A stretch of 64,000 bases of DNA from Planctomycetota bacterium (GCA_040755855.1 JBFMAD010000006.1:128001-192000), one strand, 5' to 3'; positions 19,968 through 29,579 are shown, numbered from the stretch's first letter. The notes: generated by a model from the letters alone, not told the origin. Translations and numbers: made by a program.

Positions 19968-20807
19968 ATGCGGTTCAAACTGATTGCGCTCGATGTGGAC
20001 GGTACGCTGCTGAACTCGGAACGGCAGATCGGCCCGCGAACAAAAAAGGCCCTTCACGACGCGGTCGCCGCGGGCATCAAGATCGTGCTCTGCACCGGGC
20101 GACGATATCGGTCGGTACTTCCCATCGTTGATCTGCTCGGGATCAAACCGATTGTCGTAGTCCACGGCGGGGCGCTGGTCAAGGACAGTCAGACCCATCA
20201 GACTCTATACAGTCACGGGCTTCCCCACCAGCTTGCTCAGGCCGTACTTGGATTTTTGAAATATTATGATGTGTCTCCCCTCCTCATCTTAGACACCTAT
20301 CCCACCGGTCCGGATTTCATCATCGAGGACGACAAGAAGGGAAAACCGGAATTCCTGCGATATATCGAAGGAGCGAAGGGGTTCTACAAGGTGTCCAAGG
20401 ATTTTGGCGGCGCCCCGCGCGACAAGATGCTGGAGATCGCTCTTTTCAGCCGGATGGGCACGCTCGCCGATCTCCTCCATCGCGTCAAGCTCGAGTTTCG
20501 TAGCCGGATCGAGGCGCACGTCCTCATCTTTGGCCATTACCGCAATCGCTGTGACTGTCTGGAGATCTTCAACCGCCGAACATCAAAGTGGATCGCGCTT
20601 ATGCATGTGGCCCAGCAGATGGGCATCGCCGATCGCGAGATCGTGGCCGCAGGTGACGATGTCAACGACATCGAGATGATTCAGAAAGCCGGCTTCGGTA
20701 TCGCCATGGGCAACGCGCGCGACGAACTCAAAGAAGTGGCCGACCTTGTCACCGGCAGTTACGACGACGAGGGGGTGGCGGATTTCGTGGAGCAGATTCT
20801 CGAATGA
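19968..20807 (+). CDS. Cof-type HAD-IIB hydrolase
   Basis: DVDGT, CTGR, GDDVNDIEM. Confidence 0.92.
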   Translation: MRFKLIALDVDGTLLNSERQIGPRTKKALHDAVAAGIKIVLCTGRRYRSVLPIVDLLGIKPIVVVHGGALVKDSQTHQTLYSHGLPHQLAQAVLGFLKYYDVSPLLILDTYPTGPDFIIEDDKKGKPEFLRYIEGAKGFYKVSKDFGGAPRDKMLEIALFSRMGTLADLLHRVKLEFRSRIEAHVLIFGHYRNRCDCLEIFNRRTSKWIALMHVAQQMGIADREIVAAGDDVNDIEMIQKAGFGIAMGNARDELKEVADLVTGSYDDEGVADFVEQILE

Positions 20808-21805
20808 ATGATCCTTTCCTGGCCGAAATCAAGAAGGCCATCGCCGACGTCGGCGCGCAGATTGACGATCTCATGCTGAAGGTCCTCCCCCGCAACCCCG
20901 ACGACCTGCTGTGCGAAATGATATGGCATCACCTCGACAGCGGCGGGAAGCGGGTCCGCCCTGCGCTCTGTCTCCTCACCTGCAAGGCCCTGGGGGGAAA
21001 TCCCGACCACGCGATTTACTTCGCGCTTGCCATCGAAATCCTTCACAACATGTTCCTCGTCCACGACGACATCGAGGACGGCGACGAGGTGCGACGCGAC
21101 CGCCCCACGGTCTGGGTTAAGTACGGTGTGCCCAACGCCGTCAACGCGGGCGATTATTTATTGGCCAAGGGGCCGGAGATTATCCTGCAAAGCCCCGTGG
21201 ACGCCGAGGCGAAACTGAAGCTCCTCCACGTCTTCAGCCTCACCTGCCGCACGACGATCGAGGGGCAGGCGCTCGACATCAACTCCCGCGCAGACGTCAA
21301 TTTCACAATCGCGAAATACCTCCACATGGTCCGCAAAAAAACCGGCTGTTACCTCGCGTGCGGACTCGTGGGCGGGGCGATTGTAGCCGGGGCGGATGAG
21401 GCCGTGATTGACGCCCTATGGAAGCTCGGCGACAACATGGGGCCGGCGTTTCAGATCCGCGACGACGTGATTGACCTCACCCTCGGCAAGGGCCGCGGCG
21501 GGGAACTCGGCTGCGATATCCGCGAGGGCAAGGCGAGCATCCTCTACGCCCATGCCCTGGAGAACGCACCCACCGGCGACGCGGCCCGACTTTGCGCCAT
21601 TATGCGCAAGCCCCGCGCGGAAACGACTCAAGAGGACGTGAAATGGGTCGTCGCTCTCTACAAGCGATGCGGCAGTCTGGACTACGCCTCCGAGTACGCC
21701 GACAGACTCGTGCAGGACGCCTATGCTGTCATTGACTCCCTGCCCATCTCCAACAAGGAATTCTTCAAGCAGCTCGCCCGCTTCATGGCCGAGCGGAAGT
21801 CGTGA
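20804..21805 (+). CDS. Polyprenyl diphosphate synthase
   Basis: GGKRVRP, LVHDDIED, GQALD, FQIRDDVID. Confidence 0.93.
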   Translation: MNDPFLAEIKKAIADVGAQIDDLMLKVLPRNPDDLLCEMIWHHLDSGGKRVRPALCLLTCKALGGNPDHAIYFALAIEILHNMFLVHDDIEDGDEVRRDRPTVWVKYGVPNAVNAGDYLLAKGPEIILQSPVDAEAKLKLLHVFSLTCRTTIEGQALDINSRADVNFTIAKYLHMVRKKTGCYLACGLVGGAIVAGADEAVIDALWKLGDNMGPAFQIRDDVIDLTLGKGRGGELGCDIREGKASILYAHALENAPTGDAARLCAIMRKPRAETTQEDVKWVVALYKRCGSLDYASEYADRLVQDAYAVIDSLPISNKEFFKQLARFMAERKS

Positions 21806-22606
21806 TCAGATTTCCGACAGGTATTGGTGGAAGGCCCTGGAGTACTGGGCCAGGACCGCGTCGGGATCGCCCTTCATCACCTCCACGGCGAAGTGGCCTT
21901 TGAAGCCGTCGGCCTTGAGGAGGGCCATCGCCTCCTTGTGCGAGCAGACGCCTTCGCCGAGGCCGACCAGCTCGATCTTGCTCTTCGCGCTGTCATAGGC
22001 GTAGTCGTGGATGTGGAGGTGGATGACCTTGCCCCTAAGATTGGCATAGGCCATCTCCGGGGTCTCCATGTGCCGATGCGGATGCGCCACGTCCCACAGC
22101 GCCTGGACGGCGGGCGAGCCGACCATGTCAACCACCTTCGCCACATACTTGCTGTGGCTGAAGAAGTCGTGGGTCTCGAGACCGAGCTTGACGCCCGCGG
22201 CCTCGGCATCGCCCGCGCAGGCCGCCAGGGAGGCGGCCACGTTGTCGAGGATGCCGGCCGGTTCTCCTTTGCCCTTGGCCCCGCCGAAGACGCGAATGAC
22301 CGGCGCGCCGATGTCGGCGGAGAGCTGGATATACTGTTTGAGCAGATCAACGCTCTTCTTCCGCTCGGCCTCCTCCGGGTCGGAGAACTGCAGCGACGTC
22401 GCCACGGCGCTGATGCAGATCGGACTGTCCTGGAAAATTTCCTTGACCTCCGCGCGTCGGCTCTTGCTCGTGGCCAGGTCCACCTTATGCGCATGGTCCA
22501 CCTGGACGCGGATTTCAACGCCGTCATAGTTATGTTTTTGCCCGCCTTCAATGATCTGGTCTATGGTCCACTGCGGGCAAATCCACGTCATAAAACTCAG
22601 CTTCAT
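21806..22606 (-). CDS. Sugar phosphate isomerase/epimerase (TIM barrel)
   Basis: GVEIR, IRVFGG, LETHD, WDVAH, HLHIHD. Confidence 0.88.
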   Translation of the reverse strand: MKLSFMTWICPQWTIDQIIEGGQKHNYDGVEIRVQVDHAHKVDLATSKSRRAEVKEIFQDSPICISAVATSLQFSDPEEAERKKSVDLLKQYIQLSADIGAPVIRVFGGAKGKGEPAGILDNVAASLAACAGDAEAAGVKLGLETHDFFSHSKYVAKVVDMVGSPAVQALWDVAHPHRHMETPEMAYANLRGKVIHLHIHDYAYDSAKSKIELVGLGEGVCSHKEAMALLKADGFKGHFAVEVMKGDPDAVLAQYSRAFHQYLSEI

Positions 22607-22626
22607 TTTTTCTCTCCATGTTCGGA

Positions 22627-23373
22627 CTACGAAATCTTCGCCGCAAGAATGCGGTCGTCGTTTGATGCAACAATTGACTCACCCGGCTGGAGGACGAGAA
22701 ACTCGTCCTCGCGCCATTCGCCATCGAGCAGCCTGCGAATCAGGCCGATATCGCCCTTGAGCCGCCGATATTCCCATCCGTTCTCCTGCGCTTGGCGCGC
22801 GGCGGCCTTGTCGTATTCGAGGAACTCCGCGATGCCCATGTCAATGAAGGCCATCGTCGTGTAGTTCCGTTTCCACGCGCCCATCTGCTCCATGATATAT
22901 CTGGCATTGTCCTCGCCGTACTTCTCGACATATTCCTGGTAGGTCTTCTTGAGGCCGAGCTTCTCCATCACGGTATTCGGCACGGTGACAAAATCGCGTT
23001 CGCTCCAGCCGGTCGTCTTGAAGAACGTGCCGGGGTACTGGGAGAAGTACTCGTTGTAACGCTTGCGCGATCCGAAGAAGAGCGTGATGCAGTCGTGCGC
23101 GCGGGGGATGACGAGGGGACTGCGCCGCGCAGTCAAGCCCACCACACCGTTGTTGCAGAGGGCATAGCCGAGGAGGACGGCCTCGTATAGCTCGGGGTCG
23201 GTCGCGTCAATCTGCGCCTGGATCTTTGCCACCATATCGGCCGACTCCAGGTCGTGCAGGCCCTTGGGCATGAATTGCACGTCCACGACATTCCGGCTGT
23301 TGGCGGCGCAGAGGCAGATTTCACGGTAGAGAATCTCGCACGCGATGATCTTTAATCGCTTCGGCTCAGCCAT
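22627..23373 (-). CDS. DUF1638-family protein
   Basis: IIACEI, GLHD, LGYALCNNG, PRAHDCI, YVEKYGEDNA. Confidence 0.8.
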   Translation of the reverse strand: MAEPKRLKIIACEILYREICLCAANSRNVVDVQFMPKGLHDLESADMVAKIQAQIDATDPELYEAVLLGYALCNNGVVGLTARRSPLVIPRAHDCITLFFGSRKRYNEYFSQYPGTFFKTTGWSERDFVTVPNTVMEKLGLKKTYQEYVEKYGEDNARYIMEQMGAWKRNYTTMAFIDMGIAEFLEYDKAAARQAQENGWEYRRLKGDIGLIRRLLDGEWREDEFLVLQPGESIVASNDDRILAAKIS

Positions 23374-24541
23374 GTGTGAGGTCCTTTGCGGCATTCATGG
23401 CGGCCTGGCGGACGTCCTTCAGCGAGGCACCCGTGCGCTCGGCGGCCTTGCGGCAGTCCTCATACTCGGGCGAGGCGGTCTTGATCCTCCCCCCGATTCG
23501 GCCGATCTTCACGCGGATTGGTCCGTACCGCGTGCGCACTTTCCAATGTTCGCGGGCGAGTATGGTCCGCTCGGTTTCGTATTTGCGAATCCCGAACGTC
23601 GTCGTCTCGGTGAATATAATCTCCTCCATCGTCGGAACGAGGGCCGGAGGAGCGATGACGCTGAGGAGCATACCCGGGCGATTCTTCTTCATCTGGATCG
23701 GCGTCACAAAGACATCCAGCGCACCCGCGTCGAAAAGTCTGTCGAAGGCATACCCAACGATCTCGGCGGGCATGTCGTCAATGTTCGTCTCAAGGACAAC
23801 GACTCTATCCCCCTCCGTTCTTGCGCATGTCTCCCCGATCGTGACGCGCAGGATGTTCGGCAGTTCCGGGCGGTCCGCCGATCCCGCGCCGAGTCCGACG
23901 GCGGTGTATCGCGTCGGCGGGGGCGGCGCACATGCACCGAGAGTAGTCAGGAGCGCGGCGCCGGTGGGCGTCATAAGTTCGCCATGGACCTGGGTTTGCA
24001 CCACGGGTATTCCTCGGAGCAATTCCACGGTCGCCGGAACCGGGACGGGCAGGACGCCGTGGCGGCAAACCACCGCGCCCGTGCCGAGACGGACGGGAGA
24101 GAAGTAAACCCGTTCGATCCCCAACTGCGCCAGACCGATGGCCGTACCGACAATATCAATGATGGAGTCCACAGCCCCAATTTCGTGAAAGTGAATTTTC
24201 TCCGGCTTGGTCCCGTGGACTTTGGCCTCGGCGCGGGCGAGCCGATGGAAGACCTTCGCGCTGTTTTCCTTCACATCGTTCGGCAGGGAGCTCTTGGCGA
24301 TGAGGGATTCGATGTCGCGCAGCGTTCGGTGCTCGTGATGTTTGTGAGTGGTTTCGACATCAAATTTCAGGGGGCGAAACATGCCGCGCGTCACCCGCCG
24401 CGTCTTGATGCGAAACCCAGGCAGCTTGAGCCTGGCCAATTCCTTCTTCAGCGTCGTCAGCTTCAGGCCGGCGTCGATCAGCGCCCCGACGATCATGTCG
24501 CCACTCGCGCCGGAAAAGCAGTCAAAATAGGCGATGCGCAT
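23366..24541 (-). CDS. larC: Nickel pincer cofactor biosynthesis protein LarC
   Basis: DCFSGASGDM, HFHEIGAVDSIIDI, GELMTPTGAA, ETNIDD, MKKNRPG, PEYEDC. Confidence 0.95.
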   Translation of the reverse strand: MRIAYFDCFSGASGDMIVGALIDAGLKLTTLKKELARLKLPGFRIKTRRVTRGMFRPLKFDVETTHKHHEHRTLRDIESLIAKSSLPNDVKENSAKVFHRLARAEAKVHGTKPEKIHFHEIGAVDSIIDIVGTAIGLAQLGIERVYFSPVRLGTGAVVCRHGVLPVPVPATVELLRGIPVVQTQVHGELMTPTGAALLTTLGACAPPPPTRYTAVGLGAGSADRPELPNILRVTIGETCARTEGDRVVVLETNIDDMPAEIVGYAFDRLFDAGALDVFVTPIQMKKNRPGMLLSVIAPPALVPTMEEIIFTETTTFGIRKYETERTILAREHWKVRTRYGPIRVKIGRIGGRIKTASPEYEDCRKAAERTGASLKDVRQAAMNAAKDLTHG

Positions 24542-24542
24542 G

Positions 24543-25088
24543 TTACTTCTGTGGTTCCTCAAAAACGATCTTCTTGATGTGGACGAGATCGGAGAGTTTC
24601 CGACCGATCTCGCCGCTTTCCTTGCCGTGGATAATCAGCTTCTTCTTCTCGCCGGCGGTCTCCACATACACCGGCGTTGCCTTCAGGTGGCCGGTGAGCT
24701 TCTGCCCATTGGTGAGCGTGAAGGTGGTGACGTACTGCCGCCAGGGGTAGGACTTGCCGGTAAAGACCTTGACGTTCGAGCCGCCTTCCTCCCATCGCCA
24801 CTCCTTCTCCATGCCTTCTTTCTCGACGGTGATCTCGAGTTCCTTCATGGCCACGATGGGCAGGTCGCGGTAGAGTTTTGCCGCGGTGTCATAGATACGG
24901 AGGGGCTTGTCGCGGGTCACATAGATCATGCCCTTGTGGGTCTCGCCGTTGGACATTGCGACGGTTCCGGGGCGGGCGTCGGGACGAGATCGGTCCTTCG
25001 GCTTGAAGGGATTCACGCCCTCCTGCGCGGCAAGGCGCAACGCGAGGCAAAAACAGACAAGATTTACCATACCCACGGCACGCGTCAT
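24543..25088 (-). CDS. Hypothetical exported protein
   Basis: Signal-like N-terminus; abuts larC. Confidence 0.6.
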   Translation of the reverse strand: MTRAVGMVNLVCFCLALRLAAQEGVNPFKPKDRSRPDARPGTVAMSNGETHKGMIYVTRDKPLRIYDTAAKLYRDLPIVAMKELEITVEKEGMEKEWRWEEGGSNVKVFTGKSYPWRQYVTTFTLTNGQKLTGHLKATPVYVETAGEKKKLIIHGKESGEIGRKLSDLVHIKKIVFEEPQK

Positions 25089-25227
25089 GCTCGTTCTCTT
25101 CGCAACATGTTCGGTCACCACGGATTGTAGCAGAGGGCTGAAAACCAGTCAATTGAAATTGCTTTTGGAGGGTTGGCTTCGTATAATGCACGTTGAAAAT
25201 GATGCGCGCACAATAACTGGTAGCGAC

Positions 25228-25839
25228 ATGAGAATCGGAGTACTCGGCGGGTCGTTTGATCCCGTTCATATCGGGCACCTTCTCATCGCGGAGGAGGCGC
25301 GGCACGCCCTCAATTTGTCGAAGGTAATTTTCATTCCTGCGAATCTTCGCCCGCACAAGGGGAGAGCGCATCGCGCCTCGCCGAGAGATCGGTACACCAT
25401 GACCAAGGCCGCCGTCCGCCCCTGTCCGCATTTTGAGGCATCGGACATGGAAATCAGGCGGGGGGGAATCTCGTACACAGTGGACACGCTGAAGGAACTG
25501 AAGCGCGCCTACGGCGCGCGCTGCCGGATCTATTTTATCATCGGCGCCGATTCACTCGCAGAGCTTCGCACATGGAAGAATATCCGAGAGATAGGCCGCC
25601 TCTGCACCTTCGCCGTGGCGCGTCGCCCGGGCGCAAGCCTGAGAGGAATGGATCGCCTGACGAGCGTAATCGATCCCAGGGCCGTCGCCCGTATGCGCAA
25701 GAGCATCCTCGACGTCCCGCTCATCGGCATCTCGTCCACCGATATCCGCGCCCGCGTCCGCGACGGGCGGAGCATCGCCCACATGGTCCCCAAGGGCGTC
25801 GAGGACTACATCCGCCGTCACGGCCTGTATTGCGCGTAA
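25228..25839 (+). CDS. nadD: Nicotinate-nucleotide adenylyltransferase
   Basis: GGSFDPVHIGH, SYTVDTL, IIGADS, ISSTDIR. Confidence 0.95.
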   Translation: MRIGVLGGSFDPVHIGHLLIAEEARHALNLSKVIFIPANLRPHKGRAHRASPRDRYTMTKAAVRPCPHFEASDMEIRRGGISYTVDTLKELKRAYGARCRIYFIIGADSLAELRTWKNIREIGRLCTFAVARRPGASLRGMDRLTSVIDPRAVARMRKSILDVPLIGISSTDIRARVRDGRSIAHMVPKGVEDYIRRHGLYCA

Positions 25840-26850
25840 TCAGCCCAGCCTGACCGGTTTTCCTGTCCCGCTCGACTTCAGAATGCCCAGGCCGATCTCC
25901 AGCGCCTTCCTGCCGTCCTTGCCCGTGGGGATGGGTTTCTTCTTGTTGAGGACGCAGTCCACGAAGTGGCGGTCCTGGTCCAGAAACATATCCTTCTTTT
26001 CGTATGGCTCGATCGTGGTTTGGCCGCCTTCGCCAATGACGGTAACGCCGCCGTGGGTCTTCGGATCGGTTCCGGCGGGGAGCTTGTCGGGCGGAGCGGA
26101 GAAGAGGATCGTGCCTGCGGGGCCGAGGACGTCGATGAGGTTCTCCCCGCGCGATCCCTTGGGCAGGCCCCACGACCAGCAGAGCATGGCCTCGTCGCCC
26201 GATTTGAACTGGATCACGCCCGTGCCCGTGTCGAGGGCGGTGCTGTCGGACTTGTAGGTCTTCATGCTCCCGAAGACGCGGCGGGCGTCGCCGAACATGG
26301 ACCGGTGGAAGTCGTAGTCGTGCACCGCGCCGTCAATCAACGGGCCGCCGCCCTGCTCACGGTTGAGATACCACGGATTGGCAGGGCCGCCGCTCGCGGA
26401 GCAGTGCCGCCAGAGCACAGGCCGACCAATCCTCCCGGCCTTGACCAATTCGGCCACCTTGCCCCAGTGCGCATCGAAGCGGCGGACAAAGCCGATCATG
26501 AAGGTGACCTTGGCCTTCTTGCATGCCTGGATCATCTCCTTTGCATCTTGGGAGGTCATCGCAATCGGCTTCTCGCAGAAGATGTGCTTCCCCGCCTGGG
26601 CCGCAGCGACCACGGCGTCGCGGTGCAGAAAGGTGGGTAGGCAGACGAAGACCGCGTCAACGTCCTTGTCGTCGAGCAACGCCCGGTAGTCGCCGCCATG
26701 TTTCGCAGCGCCGTATTCCTGGGCCATTTTTTCCGCGGCGGCCGCGTTCACGTCGGCGCAGTGGACGATCTGCGCGTTCTCGATCTGTTTCAGTCTCTTG
26801 GCATGATGATTCGAGATACCGCCACAACCGATCATTCCGATGCGAAGCAT
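25840..26850 (-). CDS. Gfo/Idh/MocA oxidoreductase
   Basis: IGCGGIS, IFCEKP, GGPLIDGAVHDYD. Confidence 0.9.
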   Translation of the reverse strand: MLRIGMIGCGGISNHHAKRLKQIENAQIVHCADVNAAAAEKMAQEYGAAKHGGDYRALLDDKDVDAVFVCLPTFLHRDAVVAAAQAGKHIFCEKPIAMTSQDAKEMIQACKKAKVTFMIGFVRRFDAHWGKVAELVKAGRIGRPVLWRHCSASGGPANPWYLNREQGGGPLIDGAVHDYDFHRSMFGDARRVFGSMKTYKSDSTALDTGTGVIQFKSGDEAMLCWSWGLPKGSRGENLIDVLGPAGTILFSAPPDKLPAGTDPKTHGGVTVIGEGGQTTIEPYEKKDMFLDQDRHFVDCVLNKKKPIPTGKDGRKALEIGLGILKSSGTGKPVRLG

Positions 26851-26880
26851 CTCAATTCTCCAATCGAACAGGACGTGTTG

Positions 26881-27894
26881 TCAAATCTCCCGATCCACAG
26901 CCGGCGCCAGCCGCCGGAGGTCGGCCATTAGTTTCTGAAACTCCCCGATGGACAACGTCTGCGCCCCGTCCACCCACGCCTCTTCGGGGCGGGGATGGAC
27001 CTCGATAATCACGCCGTCGGCCCCGGCGGCGATGGCGGCCTTGGCCATGGGCGGCACGAGACTGCGCTTGCCCGTAGCATGGCTTGGGTCCACGATGACG
27101 GGCAGGTGGGTCAGCTCCTTGAGCTGGGGGACCACCGTGAGCGACAGGGTGAACCGCGTGTTTGTCTCGAAGGTCCGTATGCCGCGCTCACAGAGTATCA
27201 CATTCGGGTTGCCCTGGGAAAGGATATATTCGGCGGCGAGAAGAAATTCCTCAAGTTGGGCGGACATGCTTCGCTTGAGGAGGACCGGCTTGTCGGACTC
27301 GCCGACGGCCTTGAGGAGCAGGAAGTTGGACATGTTCCTCGTGCCGATCTGGAGGACGTCCACGTACTTCGAGACGAGGGGGACGTGTTCGGCCGTCAGC
27401 ACCTCCGACACGATTGGCAGGCCGGTCTCTTCCCTTGCCATGGCGAGGTATTCCAGTCCCTCTTCCATAAGTCCCTGGAAGCTGTAGGGGTTGGTCCTGG
27501 GTTTGAAGGCGCCGCCGCGCAGCGCGAGCGCCCCGGCCTCCTTGACGGCATGGGCGGTTTCGAGAATTTGTTCTTTGGATTCGACGGTGCACGGCCCGGC
27601 GATGATGCCCACCTTTCTTCCGCCCAGGACCTGTCCGTCTATGGGGACGGTCGTGGTGGCGGCCTTTAGCTCGCGGCTGGCCATCTTGTAGGGGGCAAGG
27701 ATGGGCACGGTGCGCTCGACGCCGGGTTCGCGGTCCCAGAACTCGGGCGGTATCTCGCGTTTATCGCCGATAGCGGCGATTACGTTTCGATTGGTTCCCT
27801 CAAGGAGGATGGTCTTGAGGCCCTTGTCTTCGATTTTTTTTATCATGGCTTGTATCTGTTCCTTGGTTGCATCAGGTTTCATCACTATAATCAT
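26881..27894 (-). CDS. aroF: DAHP synthase (type I-beta with N-terminal regulatory domain)
   Basis: MIIVMKP, IAGPCTVES, GGAFKPRTNPYSFQG, QIGTRNM, VDPSHATG. Confidence 0.95.
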   Translation of the reverse strand: MIIVMKPDATKEQIQAMIKKIEDKGLKTILLEGTNRNVIAAIGDKREIPPEFWDREPGVERTVPILAPYKMASRELKAATTTVPIDGQVLGGRKVGIIAGPCTVESKEQILETAHAVKEAGALALRGGAFKPRTNPYSFQGLMEEGLEYLAMAREETGLPIVSEVLTAEHVPLVSKYVDVLQIGTRNMSNFLLLKAVGESDKPVLLKRSMSAQLEEFLLAAEYILSQGNPNVILCERGIRTFETNTRFTLSLTVVPQLKELTHLPVIVDPSHATGKRSLVPPMAKAAIAAGADGVIIEVHPRPEEAWVDGAQTLSIGEFQKLMADLRRLAPAVDREI

Positions 27895-27953
27895 GATTTC
27901 ATCCCTCCTCGGCGCGCCCAGCGCCAAAACGAGTAATATCCAAATCCAAACAT
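27891..27953 (-). CDS. Aromatic-rich leader peptide 2 (MFGFGYYSFWRWARRGGMKS)
   Basis: GAAAGGAG RBS; 7 of 20 codons are F/Y/W; TGA overlaps the aroF ATG. Confidence 0.75.
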   Translation of the reverse strand: MFGFGYYSFWRWARRGGMKS

Positions 27954-27980
27954 GCCTTTTCTCCTTTCAGCCGGAGTCAT

Positions 27981-28015
27981 AAAAAAAGCCCTGAAACCGA
28001 GGCTTCAGGGCTTTT
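27981..28015 (-). terminator. Intrinsic terminator (attenuator) in aroF leader
   Basis: AAGCCCTGAAGCC-TC-GGTTTCAGGGCTT running into a T7 tract. Confidence 0.85.
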
Positions 28016-28048
28016 CGTCAGGTCGTGTTAGGGGTCTTGGGACAGTCC

Positions 28049-28162
28049 TTAGGCCGCGGCTCCTCTCTGCTCAAAGGGAGCAAAATAAAAACGGCCAAAC
28101 CAAAAACGTCCTGTCCTGCAAATCATTGAATCACATCGAACAATTGACCCGGTAGCATCCAT
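28049..28162 (-). CDS. Aromatic-rich leader peptide 1 (MDATGSIVRCDSMICRTGRFWFGRFYFAPFEQRGAAA)
   Basis: FWFGRFYFAPF cluster; ATG at the predicted TSS; alternative ATG at 28126. Confidence 0.7.
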   Translation of the reverse strand: MDATGSIVRCDSMICRTGRFWFGRFYFAPFEQRGAAA

Positions 28163-28168
28163 AATCAA

Positions 28169-28197
28169 AATGTATCCGCGCATTGAGTATTTGTCAA
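28169..28197 (-). promoter_or_regulatory. Sigma70 promoter of aroF leader
   Basis: TTGACA-N17-TACATT. Confidence 0.7.
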
Positions 28198-28220
28198 GAA
28201 AAATCCTGCGAAGTTTTTGG

Positions 28221-29135
28221 TCATATGCTGGATGGCAGGGGCTTGCCGTACTTGAGGAGCAGCAGGAGCCACTGGATATAGTTTTCAAAGTCCCGGCGGG
28301 TCGGGAATGTGGCATTTTCCCAGAATCCGGCCGGTCCGTCGAAGGCGAGTGTTTTCACGCCCTCGCTCTTCGGGGTGTCGGCGGAAAATTGAAAAATTTG
28401 ACGCGCGATGTGGCAGAGGTGGGCCTCCGTCAGCGGTTCGGAGCGACCACTCGGCGATTGCGTATCGGGCCGATCTTCGTCAATGCGGATTCGCTCGTGC
28501 GGATCTCGCAGGATAATGTCAATGACATACTTGTAGTCCCGCCGGGTCTGGATTTTATCCATGCTATAGAGGAAGCCGACTTTTTCGCGGACGGTACTGC
28601 TCAACTCGCCGGAGAGTCGCCCGCAGGAGACGAGATGGACGTCCTCCCAGCCGCGCTTGATGCTTTTCCAGCCGTCAGGTAGGTTGATCTCGCAGGCCAG
28701 GCCCTCCTCATTGAACCTCCCCGAACCGAACCGCCCGGCCTCCGGGAGTTCGGGGATGGCGTCGTCGGAAACGATGAAGAAATCCACGCCAAGTTCTGCA
28801 AGTTTAGATGCAAGATTCCGGGCGACATCGGCGTCAATGCCGCGAACGAGAAAACCTTCAGTAGCGTTGATCTGTCGGGTGACATCGCTGAGCGGCCGCT
28901 TGGCGGTACGGGCGATCGCCCTGCCGACGGGGGCGATGGCCATGGGGGCGAGAGAGGAACGCAAGATGCTGCACGCCCCGGACAGGGACTCAATGGCGGG
29001 TGGTTTTTCGGGGGGGTGAGCGGGGAGTCTCTTACGGCCAAGGGGAATGGGCATCCCGCAGAAGGCGCAGAACCTGGCCCCTTCAGGGATACCGCGAAAA
29101 CAGTTGGGGCATTGAGGCGTGGCGCCAGGGGTCAT
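28221..29135 (-). CDS. Zinc-ribbon-domain hypothetical protein
   Basis: CPNC...FCAFCG at the N-terminus. Confidence 0.7.
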   Translation of the reverse strand: MTPGATPQCPNCFRGIPEGARFCAFCGMPIPLGRKRLPAHPPEKPPAIESLSGACSILRSSLAPMAIAPVGRAIARTAKRPLSDVTRQINATEGFLVRGIDADVARNLASKLAELGVDFFIVSDDAIPELPEAGRFGSGRFNEEGLACEINLPDGWKSIKRGWEDVHLVSCGRLSGELSSTVREKVGFLYSMDKIQTRRDYKYVIDIILRDPHERIRIDEDRPDTQSPSGRSEPLTEAHLCHIARQIFQFSADTPKSEGVKTLAFDGPAGFWENATFPTRRDFENYIQWLLLLLKYGKPLPSSI

Positions 29136-29166
29136 TTCATTTCACGATCAGCAACCAGCCGAATGC

Positions 29167-29487
29167 TTACTCGGCCCCTTCCGGAGAGGCGACCCGATCG
29201 CGCATGAGGCGGCCCATCTTGAAGTTGACGACTCGCTTCGCGGGCACTTCCACTCGCGCCCCGGTTCGCGGATTTCGTCCGACGCGGCGCTTTCGCTGGA
29301 CCACATCGAACACGCCGAAGTCACGGAACTCCAGCTTGTTGCCGCGCGCCAGCTCTTCGATAAGCTCGTCGAGGAACAACTGAATGATCCGCTTGGCCAC
29401 AAGTTGTGTTTGCTTCGCCTTTCTGGCGACACGCTCAGCGATCTCGCGCTTCGATATGGTCCGTTTTCCTTCCGCTGCCATTACCAC
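29167..29487 (-). CDS. HU/IHF-family DNA-binding protein
   Basis: EFRDFGVF, GRNPRTG, VVNFKMG. Confidence 0.93.
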   Translation of the reverse strand: MVMAAEGKRTISKREIAERVARKAKQTQLVAKRIIQLFLDELIEELARGNKLEFRDFGVFDVVQRKRRVGRNPRTGARVEVPAKRVVNFKMGRLMRDRVASPEGAE

Positions 29488-29550
29488 CCTCCCGTTGAAG
29501 GTTCACAAACGAATTTATTGAAGTTACAACTTCCGCTGATGCCGTAAGTG

Positions 29551-29579
29551 ATTCTAAAACATGGAATTCTAACTGTCAA
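29551..29579 (-). promoter_or_regulatory. Sigma70 promoter of HU/IHF gene
   Basis: TTGACA-N17-TAGAAT. Confidence 0.65.
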
